A DNA stretch of 64,000 nucleotides from Bacteroidota bacterium (GTDB lineage: Bacteria > Bacteroidota > Ignavibacteria > Kapaibacteriales > UBA2268): contig JAKAKE010000121.1 of assembly GCA_021824625.1 (NCBI GenBank), positions 829-64,828 of the forward strand, written 5' to 3'. Below the pieces are notes generated by a model. The model had not been told where the DNA came from, searched no databases, and saw only the letters and a program-made list of their open reading frames with translations. Shown here in pieces: positions 29,285 through 38,495 of the stretch (the stretch's first letter is position 1; the number at the start of each line of letters is the position of its first letter). Both the position numbers and the translations under genes were made by a program.

Positions 29285-29950
29285 ATGAAACAATTATCAC
29301 CGAAAATAATTAGAACTTGGTTTGATACTATATTTAATCCAATGATTGATGGATTAAATATTGAAGAACAATATTTGAAGGAAATGAATTTAACATGGAG
29401 AAGTTTTAATAATACTTTCGATATGTTAAAGCCGTTAGTAAATTTTACTCACCCTAAATATCATGCTAATTTTGAACAAATAGTAGTATTTCATAAAACT
29501 GTACTGGATACTGTAATATTACATGATAATGATTTAAAAAAACTAAATGATTCATGTTATATTCTATTTAATAGGTTGATGCAATCAAAACCTTTTGATA
29601 AATTTTTAAGCCAAAAATTCGAAAATAATCAAAATTCAAAAGGTGTAAGTACTCTTATAGTTGCAGAATCTGAAAAGGAACATTTTAAAAGATATATAAT
29701 TGAATATGTAATTAACAATTTTGATAAATTAGACTCATCTTATGTTATCAGCCCAATTTGGAATCCAAATATTAATGAGATTAAAAACTTTTTAAAGAGT
29801 GATGAATTTAATTTGGAAAAAAAACAGTACGATACCTCAATCATAAGTTTTAATAAAACTTTAATTGAATCCAAAAAAGCTCTGAATGAAGTAAGGAATC
29901 AATTATCTTTAGAGTTTGGTGAACCTTTGGTTATTCCTTTCAATGAATAA
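29285..29950 (+). CDS. hypothetical protein, partner of the PIN-like gene
   Basis: 221 aa in a very AT-rich stretch with no motif I recognise. Its stop overlaps the next start (TAATG). Confidence 0.45.
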   Translation: MKQLSPKIIRTWFDTIFNPMIDGLNIEEQYLKEMNLTWRSFNNTFDMLKPLVNFTHPKYHANFEQIVVFHKTVLDTVILHDNDLKKLNDSCYILFNRLMQSKPFDKFLSQKFENNQNSKGVSTLIVAESEKEHFKRYIIEYVINNFDKLDSSYVISPIWNPNINEIKNFLKSDEFNLEKKQYDTSIISFNKTLIESKKALNEVRNQLSLEFGEPLVIPFNE

Positions 29951-30492
29951 TGAGCAACCCAAAACATATAAAAAGGGCTATTTTTGATTCAGGCCCTCTT
30001 TTATTGGCACTGACAATAAATTTTATTAATAAAAATAACATTCAAAATTTTGATAAAATCTTACAAAATGCTTATGATAAAATTAAAAATATTCAAAATC
30101 CAAAAAGAACATTAGAAAATTTTTTTAGTCATTTTACTAGGATTTATACAACATCTCATGCCATCGGAGAGTTAATAGGTCTTGTGAAATCGCGTTTAGA
30201 TTTCAATGTTGAATATGAAAATAAATTTTGGGGAAATTCTATTGATTACCTAAAAAGTAAAAATTTATCAGAAGAATTAATAAAATTTATTGAATTAAAA
30301 TCAGATATATACTACCAAGAACTTATCTCATCTATTGGTTTTGTTGATACTGAATTAATAAAACTTGCAATTGAACATAAGTTCCAATTACCAATTATTT
30401 CAATTGATAGTAGAACTTTGAAAAGAGAAGCTAATAAGAAAACAATTGATGTTTTCATTCTTGAAGATGATATTTATAGTTTTATAAATTAA
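29950..30492 (+). CDS. PIN-like domain protein (putative nuclease), tentative
   Basis: Acidic residues fall in PIN-like spacing and context: AIFDSGPL, AIGELIG, FVDTELIKLA, IISIDSRTL. Confidence 0.4.
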   Translation: MSNPKHIKRAIFDSGPLLLALTINFINKNNIQNFDKILQNAYDKIKNIQNPKRTLENFFSHFTRIYTTSHAIGELIGLVKSRLDFNVEYENKFWGNSIDYLKSKNLSEELIKFIELKSDIYYQELISSIGFVDTELIKLAIEHKFQLPIISIDSRTLKREANKKTIDVFILEDDIYSFIN

Positions 30493-30520
30493 AGTTAATT
30501 CCAAATAATTGTACTTCACT

Positions 30521-30709
30521 ATGAAAACGAAGAATAAAACCTTCGACTGCCTGGCTAATAAATGGCGGGCGCAGGAAATAATTTATGAGAATATAAAAGG
30601 AATGACTGATGAAGAAGTTATTGAGTATTTCAGAAAATCAATCCAGAAAAGCAGTTTAGGAGATTGGTGGAAAGCATTGAATGAAAAAAAGGAATCTATG
30701 TTAACTTAG
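30521..30709 (+). CDS. small hypothetical protein
   Basis: ORF only (MKTKNKTFDCL...). Confidence 0.35.
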   Translation: MKTKNKTFDCLANKWRAQEIIYENIKGMTDEEVIEYFRKSIQKSSLGDWWKALNEKKESMLT

Positions 30710-30862
30710 AATTTGAAATGATTTGAATTATTTATAACCCACTCCGGAGAGAATTGGAGAGGATTTTTTTTGCCAGTTCAATAAAGGAAGAACTAATTTA
30801 TTGGGATACATTAAAATAGAAATCAAATTCTATTGTCTTATTAATAAAATATGAGGTTATAA

Positions 30863-31063
30863 ATGCAACAAGAAAATCTGACAATACCTAAGGAATCGCT
30901 AAGGGAAATTCTGAAAGCACAGCCGGAATCGGTCTTATTTGAGCTTTTTGAAAGCTTAATGGTTAGTTCTGACACATCTCCTTTGTCCGAAGAGGAAAGA
31001 ACGGACCTGGAAAAAGGAAGAGAGGAATATCACAGAGGAGAAACAATTATTTGGCAAAAATGA
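30863..31063 (+). CDS. antitoxin of ParE/RelE-type TA pair
   Basis: 66 aa. It overlaps the downstream toxin by 13 nt. Confidence 0.5.
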   Translation: MQQENLTIPKESLREILKAQPESVLFELFESLMVSSDTSPLSEEERTDLEKGREEYHRGETIIWQK

Positions 31064-31302
31064 ATATTCATTTCACATCAAATGCATTCAAAGTTTATAA
31101 TAATCTTCCTTCCGGTTATAAAAACCTACTTGATAAAACACTTGACAAATTGAAAAACAAAATACCGATAGATATTAAGCCATTGAAGGGAGAAACGGAT
31201 GTTTACAGAATCAGATTCGGTAAATACCGTGTTCTTCTCAATAAAATTGAAACCGATTATTTAGTTTTCAGGATTGACACAAGAGGGGATATTTATAAAT
31301 AA
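31051..31302 (+). CDS. RelE/ParE-family toxin
   Basis: LKGETDVYRIRFGKYRVLLNKIETDYLVFRIDTRGDIY is the classic RelE/ParE C-terminal pattern. Confidence 0.7.
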   Translation: MAKMNIHFTSNAFKVYNNLPSGYKNLLDKTLDKLKNKIPIDIKPLKGETDVYRIRFGKYRVLLNKIETDYLVFRIDTRGDIYK

Positions 31303-31332
31303 TATTGATATTAAACTTAAAATATAAAAAAC

Positions 31333-31366
31333 CCGTTCCGTTGATAAACGGGGCGGTTTATTTTTA
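31333..31366 (+). terminator. rho-independent terminator
   Basis: ccgttccgtt-gata-aacggggcgg stem followed by tttattttt. Confidence 0.55.
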
Positions 31367-31452
31367 TTATATAAATTTTTCATTTGCATTTTACATAAAT
31401 TATCACTAAATTTTAATAGAAAATTATAATAAACAGTAATAAACATTAAATT

Positions 31453-32181
31453 ATGGTGATAAACATGAAAACAAATATTTTCAAAGTATTTCACTATTAC
31501 CGCGATAAAAATGAATTCATTAAGCAATTGAGCGGAGATGAATTCAAATGGAAATTTGTAATTAATTTCTGTCTGAACATCATTATTCTACTATTCATTT
31601 ACGGATTCGTGATGGGTATTTACCATGGATTTTATCAGTCAATATCGGCGGGAATCAAACTCTTTTCCCTTTTCATTCTGTCTCTGTTGATTTGCTTCCC
31701 CACTTTTTATGTGATTCAAATCATAATCGGCTCGAGGATAAAACTTCTAAATCTAATATCCATTATTTTGAGCGGTGCATTGCTCTCGGGCTGGATACTG
31801 GTTGCATTTATTCCCATCGTGATTTTCTTTATGCTCACGGGTGATAATTATTATTTCCTGCAGTTACTTCATATTGCAATCATGGCATTTGCCAGCATAT
31901 TCGGGATGAAGTTGATTATCGAAGCGTTGAAATATAATTGCGAGAATGAAGATATTTATCCCAAGACAGGTGTTACGATTTTCAGGATTTGGATTGTGAT
32001 TTTTCTCTTTGTAAGCATTCAATTGGGCTGGAACCTGAGACCCTTTATGAGTAAACATAATGAGAAATTTCAGATATTCCGTCAATACGAAGGAAACTTT
32101 TATACTGCTATATTATATTCATTCGATAAAATTGTAAATCCTCAAAAAGAGGATTACAAGAAGGATACTTATCCAAAATAA
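31453..32181 (+). CDS. multi-pass membrane protein, unknown function
   Basis: About 5-6 hydrophobic helices after a ~35-aa soluble N-terminus. Confidence 0.45.
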   Translation: MVINMKTNIFKVFHYYRDKNEFIKQLSGDEFKWKFVINFCLNIIILLFIYGFVMGIYHGFYQSISAGIKLFSLFILSLLICFPTFYVIQIIIGSRIKLLNLISIILSGALLSGWILVAFIPIVIFFMLTGDNYYFLQLLHIAIMAFASIFGMKLIIEALKYNCENEDIYPKTGVTIFRIWIVIFLFVSIQLGWNLRPFMSKHNEKFQIFRQYEGNFYTAILYSFDKIVNPQKEDYKKDTYPK

Positions 32182-32215
32182 TATGATAGATAGAACATTG
32201 GCAAATTGAAATTAT

Positions 32216-32422
32216 ATGAACGAAACAGATGAAATTTTAACGATAGAAGAAGTGGCGAAGTATCTAAAGCTGAAGCCGCAGACTATATATACATGGGCAC
32301 AGACTGGGAAAATCCCTGCCGCAAAGCTCGGCAAGGAATGGCGTTTCAGCAAAAGGATTCTTGAGCAGTGGTTTTTTGAGCATTTCGATGAGAAGTATAA
32401 GGATGGAGGAGAAACAGATTAG
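32216..32422 (+). CDS. excisionase-type (MerR-like) helix-turn-helix DNA-binding protein
   Basis: LTIEEVAKYLKLKPQTIYTWAQTGKIPAAKLGKEWRF is the HTH_17/excisionase-family signature. Confidence 0.7.
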   Translation: MNETDEILTIEEVAKYLKLKPQTIYTWAQTGKIPAAKLGKEWRFSKRILEQWFFEHFDEKYKDGGETD

Positions 32423-32592
32423 AAAAAAATGAGAAAAAAACTTGCATGGTGAGAATCGTAGCAGATTTTTTTTGATTGCAATAATTTAAGTTAATATTCG
32501 ATAGTTGGTTTACATTAATAATATATATATTAAATCTGTTTTTTTTCAATTACAACTTTGTTAATAATTCATTTTAACGATACAGGTGTTTT

Positions 32593-34857
32593 ATGAAATC
32601 AATTCTGATTTCATTCATATCACTTTTCATGTTTCTTCAAAATAGTTTATCAGAAGAAAATCAGGAAATACAAAATCTGAGAACATTCGCTAAACTTTAT
32701 GGTTATGTAAGATATTTCCATCCAAGCGATGAAGCATCCTTAATTGATTGGGATGCATTTGCAGTAGATGGTGTTGAGAAGGTTAAAAATGCGAAAAATA
32801 GTGAAGAGCTTGAAGAAATTCTTAAGAAACTATTTTATCCGATTGCACCAACAATTCAAATTTTCAAAGTAGGACAAATGCCTGAACCAATAAAACTTCC
32901 TGCCGACACAACGGGATTAAAAATTGTTACCTGGCAGCATTATGGATTAGGTAATAATGATGAAAAGTATGGTTATAAAAGTATAAGAACTAATCGTCAT
33001 TCAGACTTTGAAAATAATGATTTTATTTGTTATCAGGTTTTAAAAGCGACTGAATATCAGAATCAAAAAATAACATTAAAATTAAAACTAAAATCTGAAT
33101 TTAAAAATTTAAAGAGCTACTTAATCTTCTGGTCATCAAATTTTAAATTTGAAAATGATAATTACGATAATTTAGTTTTCAAATCAGACACAATTAGGTT
33201 GAATGGGTTCAAAGAATCCGAGCTAAAAATGCAAATAAATTCTGATGCCACAAATATCAATGCAGGATTTACTTTTCATGGGCAAGGAAAGATTTTAATT
33301 GACGATTTTCAATTCTTAATAAAAAAAGATAGTAAATATCAAGAAGTAGGAATACCCAACTCGGGATTTGAAGAAAATAATTCAAAAGGAAAGCCTTTAG
33401 ACTGGATACTCAAGGGAGATTCTTATAAAGTTTCATCAAACACAAATAATCCATTAATTGGTAAAGCATCTTTAGAAATTAATAATAAAGGAAATTTTAT
33501 TCCCGGTCAAATATTCGATACAATTCCTTTACTGGATAATATACTTGATAAAGATTTGGGAAATGGATTAAGATGCATACTCCCATTAGCTTTGCTGAGC
33601 GATAGTAATGGTACTATTGGAAAAAATCCAATTTATCCTTTTGATTCTTCAAAGTATTTAATTATTAATAGAGATTCTGCATCCTCAAAAAAGGAGTATT
33701 CAACAAATAATATTAATGTAAGATTTGCTGATATAATTATTACATGGAATGTGATGCAACATTTCAATCCAAATTTTGAATATATTTCTGTAAATTGGGA
33801 CGAATCATTGACAAAAGCTTTAGAGAAAGCCTCAAAAGATACTGACCTTAAAGAATTTGCTAAAACTTTAGAATTGATGTTAGAACCACTTCAAGACGGC
33901 CACATAAATGTTAATTTTTTTGGAAAATATCAAAATGGTACAATGCCATTTTTACTGGATTGGATTGATGGTAAGATTGTTGTTAAGAAAACATTAGATA
34001 CTATAAATATCAAACAAGGTGATGTATTAACTTATATTGATAATAACGAAGTTTTAAAATTATTAGAAGAACGAGAAAAATTAATTCCTGGTTCAGAACA
34101 ATGGAAACGGTGGATGGTTTTTAATTATGGATTATTAGGTGAAGGAAATGATAATGATTCTGTAAAACTTACAATTGAAAGGTCAAATTCAAACAAAATT
34201 ATTTATGTAAAAAGGATTTCAAGAAATAAATTTTGGAGAACATATCATTTTGATAAAAATCCAATTTACCTACTGGATTCTAATATTTATTATATAAATT
34301 CTGCAAGTGTAACTTTAGAGGATTTTATCAATAATTTAAATAATTTAAAGACGGCTAAAGGAATAATATTTGATTTCAGAGAATATCCTAAAGGAGATGT
34401 TTATTCAATATTTAGTTATTTTACTGAAAAAATTATAAACTCGCCAAATTGGTTATTCCCCGAAATTATTTATCCTGACAGAGTCAGCTTCAAATTTGAT
34501 ACTAATAATTGGCAAATTAAACCCCAAAGACCTTACTTAAATTGTAAAAAAGTTTTCATAATCGGTAATGGAACTATGAGTTCCGGTGAAACTGCCGCTT
34601 CGATAATTAAATTCAATCATTTTGGTAAAATGGTGGGTCAATTTACAGCCGGAGCTAATGGAAATATTAATCCATTTACAATTCCCGGAGATATTACAAT
34701 ATATTTTTCAGGTATGAAAGTTCTAAACGAAGATAATTCGAGATTTTTTGTCAAAGGTATTGAACCTGATATATTTGTTAATCAAACAATTAAAGGAATC
34801 CAGGAAGGCAGAGATGAATATTTGGAAAAAGCATTAGAGATAATTAATAAGGATTAA
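32593..34857 (+). CDS. secreted S41-family peptidase with large N-terminal extension
   Basis: Signal peptide. The C-terminal VFIIGNGTMSSGETAASIIK matches the S41 serine motif context (G-x-S-x-G-E). A CBM-like NSGFEENN..W block is upstream. Confidence 0.55.
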   Translation: MKSILISFISLFMFLQNSLSEENQEIQNLRTFAKLYGYVRYFHPSDEASLIDWDAFAVDGVEKVKNAKNSEELEEILKKLFYPIAPTIQIFKVGQMPEPIKLPADTTGLKIVTWQHYGLGNNDEKYGYKSIRTNRHSDFENNDFICYQVLKATEYQNQKITLKLKLKSEFKNLKSYLIFWSSNFKFENDNYDNLVFKSDTIRLNGFKESELKMQINSDATNINAGFTFHGQGKILIDDFQFLIKKDSKYQEVGIPNSGFEENNSKGKPLDWILKGDSYKVSSNTNNPLIGKASLEINNKGNFIPGQIFDTIPLLDNILDKDLGNGLRCILPLALLSDSNGTIGKNPIYPFDSSKYLIINRDSASSKKEYSTNNINVRFADIIITWNVMQHFNPNFEYISVNWDESLTKALEKASKDTDLKEFAKTLELMLEPLQDGHINVNFFGKYQNGTMPFLLDWIDGKIVVKKTLDTINIKQGDVLTYIDNNEVLKLLEEREKLIPGSEQWKRWMVFNYGLLGEGNDNDSVKLTIERSNSNKIIYVKRISRNKFWRTYHFDKNPIYLLDSNIYYINSASVTLEDFINNLNNLKTAKGIIFDFREYPKGDVYSIFSYFTEKIINSPNWLFPEIIYPDRVSFKFDTNNWQIKPQRPYLNCKKVFIIGNGTMSSGETAASIIKFNHFGKMVGQFTAGANGNINPFTIPGDITIYFSGMKVLNEDNSRFFVKGIEPDIFVNQTIKGIQEGRDEYLEKALEIINKD

Positions 34858-34874
34858 TGAATTTTATTATTATA

Positions 34875-34909
34875 AACCCGCGCCGGAGATTATCGGAGCG
34901 GGTTTTTTA
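34875..34909 (+). terminator. rho-independent terminator
   Basis: aacccgcgccgga-gatta-tcggagcgggtt followed by tttt. Confidence 0.65.
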
Positions 34910-35034
34910 TTACATCAATCTTTTTATAAACTTTATGCAATTTTATTAAGAAAAAAAAGTCTTTCATCTTGAATATGAAATCTTTAATTTTGTTAATTAC
35001 ATTTTGTAATTTTAAATGAATTAATAACTTAAAC

Positions 35035-35367
35035 ATGCGAACAAGGCAAAAAAACATATATGATAATGAAAAAATTCGTTTCTTTACAGAAGAGATAAAG
35101 GAGCGATTAGGGACCAATCTTAAACAATTGATACTGTTCGGTTCTCATGCACGAGGAGACTACTCTGATGACTCTGATTATGATTTTGCAGTTATCTTAA
35201 ATAAAAAAAATGCGAAGAGCATAAATGATATTCGTGAAGCTGAGGTTGATTTTCTTAATCGCTTTGATGAGCTCACAGCGAGCTTAATCTATGATGAAAA
35301 TGAGTGGATGCAACGATTGAGGCTTCCCATCGGAATAAATATAGAACGTGAGGGTGTTAGATTGTGA
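35035..35367 (+). CDS. MNT-type nucleotidyltransferase (antitoxin of MNT-HEPN pair)
   Basis: LFGSHARGDYSDDSDYDF is the GSxxRG..DxD minimal nucleotidyltransferase motif. Confidence 0.7.
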   Translation: MRTRQKNIYDNEKIRFFTEEIKERLGTNLKQLILFGSHARGDYSDDSDYDFAVILNKKNAKSINDIREAEVDFLNRFDELTASLIYDENEWMQRLRLPIGINIEREGVRL

Positions 35368-35747
35368 ACTCAGAACCAAATATCAATTCTGTTTTGAGGA
35401 AAGCTAAAGATAAATTAAAAACTGCTTATATTGATTTTGAAAACGGACAATATGACGATGCTGTTTCACGGGCATATTATGCAGTTTACCATGCGATGAC
35501 TGCTGCATTGCTGTTTAAAGGACAAGTTTATTCATCACATTCCCGAACAATAGGTGCTTTTAACCGCGATTTAATTAAATCCGGTGTTTTCCCAAAGAAT
35601 TTTACAAGAATGATTCATGATTTGTTTGACGACCGCCAGTTGGGTGATTATGACGTTGATATGTCTTTTGAACGTGAAATCGCTGAAAAAAATATAAAGA
35701 ATGCAGAGATGATTTTATCAGCAGTCGAAAAATATTTATTTGGATAA
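35364..35747 (+). CDS. HEPN-domain protein
   Basis: AVSRAYYAVYHAMTAALL and DDRQLGDYD match the HEPN (PF05168-type) pattern. It overlaps the MNT gene by 4 nt. Confidence 0.65.
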   Translation: MNSEPNINSVLRKAKDKLKTAYIDFENGQYDDAVSRAYYAVYHAMTAALLFKGQVYSSHSRTIGAFNRDLIKSGVFPKNFTRMIHDLFDDRQLGDYDVDMSFEREIAEKNIKNAEMILSAVEKYLFG

Positions 35748-35750
35748 TTC

Positions 35751-36248
35751 ATGAAAATTATCCTCAAAAAAATTCATGCCTTTCTTGTGAAACTGCCGAT
35801 TGTGTGGTTTGTCCTGATAATGATTGCCCTAAATTTTTTAATTTCATTAAGTATATCATTTGTTTTGGTTGATATTTTTAAAATTGATAAACCTCATACT
35901 TATATTTACATTATTAAATTTCCCTATTGGTTGCAACTCATTATATTATTACCTGCTGCATTTTTAGAAACTATAATTTATGTTTGGCTGGTGTTTAAAA
36001 TATTAAGATTAATCAAATATTTTAGAAATAATATAATTATTATTATACTAATCTCAGCTCTTTTGTTTAGTATTTCACATCATGATAATTTGAATCATTT
36101 GATAATTACTTTTTTTAGTGGTGTACTTTTTGCATATTCCTACCTTGTTGCAGAAGAAAAAAATTTTTCACCGGTATTGATTGTAACTATCATTCATTTT
36201 ACGTTTAATGTAATTGTATTTTCAATTATTAATGCATTTTATTTGTGA
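35751..36248 (+). CDS. CPBP/Abi-family intramembrane protease, tentative
   Basis: Polytopic, with FLETIIY, FSISHH and IIHFTFN blocks resembling CPBP motifs 1-3. It starts 3 nt after the HEPN stop. Confidence 0.45.
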   Translation: MKIILKKIHAFLVKLPIVWFVLIMIALNFLISLSISFVLVDIFKIDKPHTYIYIIKFPYWLQLIILLPAAFLETIIYVWLVFKILRLIKYFRNNIIIIILISALLFSISHHDNLNHLIITFFSGVLFAYSYLVAEEKNFSPVLIVTIIHFTFNVIVFSIINAFYL

Positions 36249-36301
36249 TTAATTAAAGTCCAAAATAAATAACACGTTCCGGTTATAATCGAAGCAGTTT
36301 T

Positions 36302-36502
36302 TTATGCTATTGCTACCTGTTGGAAAGATAAATCGAAAACATTTGCTATATTTTTTGCATGTTCTAATGTCATTGAGACAATATTGCCGCTTTTATCGAG
36401 TTCAACCAATATATTCTCGTTTAGGTCTTTTGTTTCAGCAATCTCATTGTCATTGAAATTTATTAGTAATGTGTCTGTATCTTGAAAATATTTTATTTGC
36501 AT
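36302..36502 (-). CDS. DUF2283-domain protein
   Basis: MQIKYFQDTDTLLINFNDNEIAETKDL..NILVELDKSGNIVSMTLEHA is the typical DUF2283 pattern. Confidence 0.6.
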   Translation of the reverse strand: MQIKYFQDTDTLLINFNDNEIAETKDLNENILVELDKSGNIVSMTLEHAKNIANVFDLSFQQVAIA

Positions 36503-36569
36503 TTTTTTATTTCATTGCTATTTTACGAATTAGACGCTTATTCAAAAGGATAATTATAATAATTCAAAA

Positions 36570-36704
36570 CCTTTTTGTGTAAACGTGGCAATATGGAGTT
36601 TTGCCTGTCTTTGAATAATAATCCTGGTGGTAATCCTCCGCTTTCCAGAATGTACCTGCTTTAATCAGTTTTGTTGCGACTTTAGAACCTTTATTCCTGA
36701 GAAT
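36570..36704 (-). pseudogene. duplicated 3'-end fragment of msrAB
   Basis: 36586-36704 aligns with 37558-37676 at a 972-nt offset with 3 mismatches. Weaker similarity extends over the stop-codon region. Confidence 0.85.
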
Positions 36705-36790
36705 TCCGGATGTTAATTTAACATAAAAATTTTTGATTATTCGTTTCTAATGATTAAATTGTTTTTTTATACTTAATTATTGGTGTATGT

Positions 36791-37030
36791 ATGAATGCAA
36801 TTAAAAGAAAAATAAACATACCTAAAAATAGAATTATTAATTTGAGAGTACCGGATACTGTACCAATTAACGAATACGTCGAGGTTATCATGATTTTTGA
36901 TGAGAATAAAAACTCTTATCAATCAAAAATTGAATTAATGTCAAATGCAAAAAATGATAAATCATTTATGGAAGATTTCAAGAAAATTGAAGAAGATTTT
37001 AAGTCAATAGATTCCGAAGGTTGGGAATAG
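36791..37030 (+). CDS. antitoxin of MazEF-type pair
   Basis: 79 aa. It overlaps the downstream MazF-like gene by 10 nt. Confidence 0.5.
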   Translation: MNAIKRKINIPKNRIINLRVPDTVPINEYVEVIMIFDENKNSYQSKIELMSNAKNDKSFMEDFKKIEEDFKSIDSEGWE

Positions 37031-37377
37031 TGGAAGAATTTCGTTGGAGAATTTACTTGGCAAATCTTGACCCTGTCATTGGTTCGGAGCAAGGTAAAAC
37101 TCGTCCGGTATTAGTAATAAGCGATGAACAGATTAATCAAATCTTACCAGTTATCAATATTTTACCAATAACAACCAGAAAACCTAATCGCACAATTTAT
37201 CCCAATGAAGTCCTAATACCTGGAAATTCTTATGGCATTACAAATGAATCCATAATTTTATGCTATCAAATTAGAACACTTGACAAATCAAGATTAGCCA
37301 AACTAATAGGATATATTGATGATAATGAATTACAGGAAGAAATAATATCTGCACTAAGATTTCAATTAGGAATTTGA
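37021..37377 (+). CDS. PemK/MazF-family toxin endoribonuclease
   Basis: IYLANLDPVIGSEQGKTRPVLVIS ... ILPITT is the PemK/MazF signature. Confidence 0.75.
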   Translation: MGIVEEFRWRIYLANLDPVIGSEQGKTRPVLVISDEQINQILPVINILPITTRKPNRTIYPNEVLIPGNSYGITNESIILCYQIRTLDKSRLAKLIGYIDDNELQEEIISALRFQLGI

Positions 37378-37535
37378 TTTAATCGGAGTATTTATTTGGA
37401 TTCATTTCTTTACGCATAATTTTCTTTAGTTTATATTATTTTTCCCTGTAATATTTATTAATACAATTTTTAACATCCTTAATTTTTATTTTTTTGAAAG
37501 CTACATTCATTGTAAAATTGCTGATTTTTTTCTAT

Positions 37536-38495
37536 TCAAAATCTTTTAGTATAAATATGGCAATATGGAGTTTTGCCTGTCTTTGAATAATAATCCTGGT
37601 GGTAATCCTCGGCTTTCCAGAATGTACCTGCTTTAATCAGTTTTGTTGCGACTTTATAACCTTTATTCTTGAGAATGTCAATTAGTTTTTCTGCGGTTTC
37701 CTTCTCTGCATCATTTTTGTAAAACACTACAGATAAGTACTGCCCTCCTATATCGGGACCCTGTCCGTTTGATTGTGTTGGGTCATGGATTTCGAAAAAG
37801 TATTTGGCAACATCTTGGTATGAAACCTGTGACGAATCGAAAACGACTTCAGCAGTTTCATAATGTCCTGTCCTGCCAGTACATATTTCTTCATAAGTCG
37901 GATTTAATGTTTTCCCGCCCATATATCCTACCCGCACTGACTTGACACCTTTCAATTGCTTGTATAAGTACTCTACTCCCCAAAAACAACCGCCGGCGAA
38001 GTAACCGGTATCCAGCTTTTCGTTTTCTGCAGGCATAAAATTCATTGAAATGGAATTAACGCAATACCTGGTATCCTTTGAAGTAAATCCTTCACCATAG
38101 AAAACATGGCCCAAATGCGCCCCGCATTTTGCACATTCGATTTCAGTCCTTATGCCGTCAGGGTCGGGAAGTTTTTTTACAGTACCGGGAATAGCGTCAT
38201 CGAAACTGGGCCACCCGCATTCGGAATCGAATTTGTCACTTGAATTAAAAAGGATGGCACCGCATTGCTTGCATGTATATGAACCGTCATCATGATAATT
38301 CACATATTTTCCCGTAAATGGCATTTCTGTTCCTTTATCAATAATGACTCTCTTTTCTTCTGTGGTCAACTTATTATATTCCATTTTTTTCTCCTCCGGG
38401 ATAGCTGCAATTAATACTACAAATAAAATTAAAAAAAGCAGTTCAGGTATTAATATTTTTATTAATTTTTTATTATTCATTTTTATTACCTTCAT
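37536..38495 (-). CDS. msrAB: bifunctional methionine sulfoxide reductase B/A, membrane-anchored or exported
   Basis: CxxC..CGWPSF..RYCVNS (MsrB) followed by GGCFWGVE (MsrA), with an N-terminal hydrophobic anchor. Confidence 0.85.
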   Translation of the reverse strand: MKVIKMNNKKLIKILIPELLFLILFVVLIAAIPEEKKMEYNKLTTEEKRVIIDKGTEMPFTGKYVNYHDDGSYTCKQCGAILFNSSDKFDSECGWPSFDDAIPGTVKKLPDPDGIRTEIECAKCGAHLGHVFYGEGFTSKDTRYCVNSISMNFMPAENEKLDTGYFAGGCFWGVEYLYKQLKGVKSVRVGYMGGKTLNPTYEEICTGRTGHYETAEVVFDSSQVSYQDVAKYFFEIHDPTQSNGQGPDIGGQYLSVVFYKNDAEKETAEKLIDILKNKGYKVATKLIKAGTFWKAEDYHQDYYSKTGKTPYCHIYTKRF

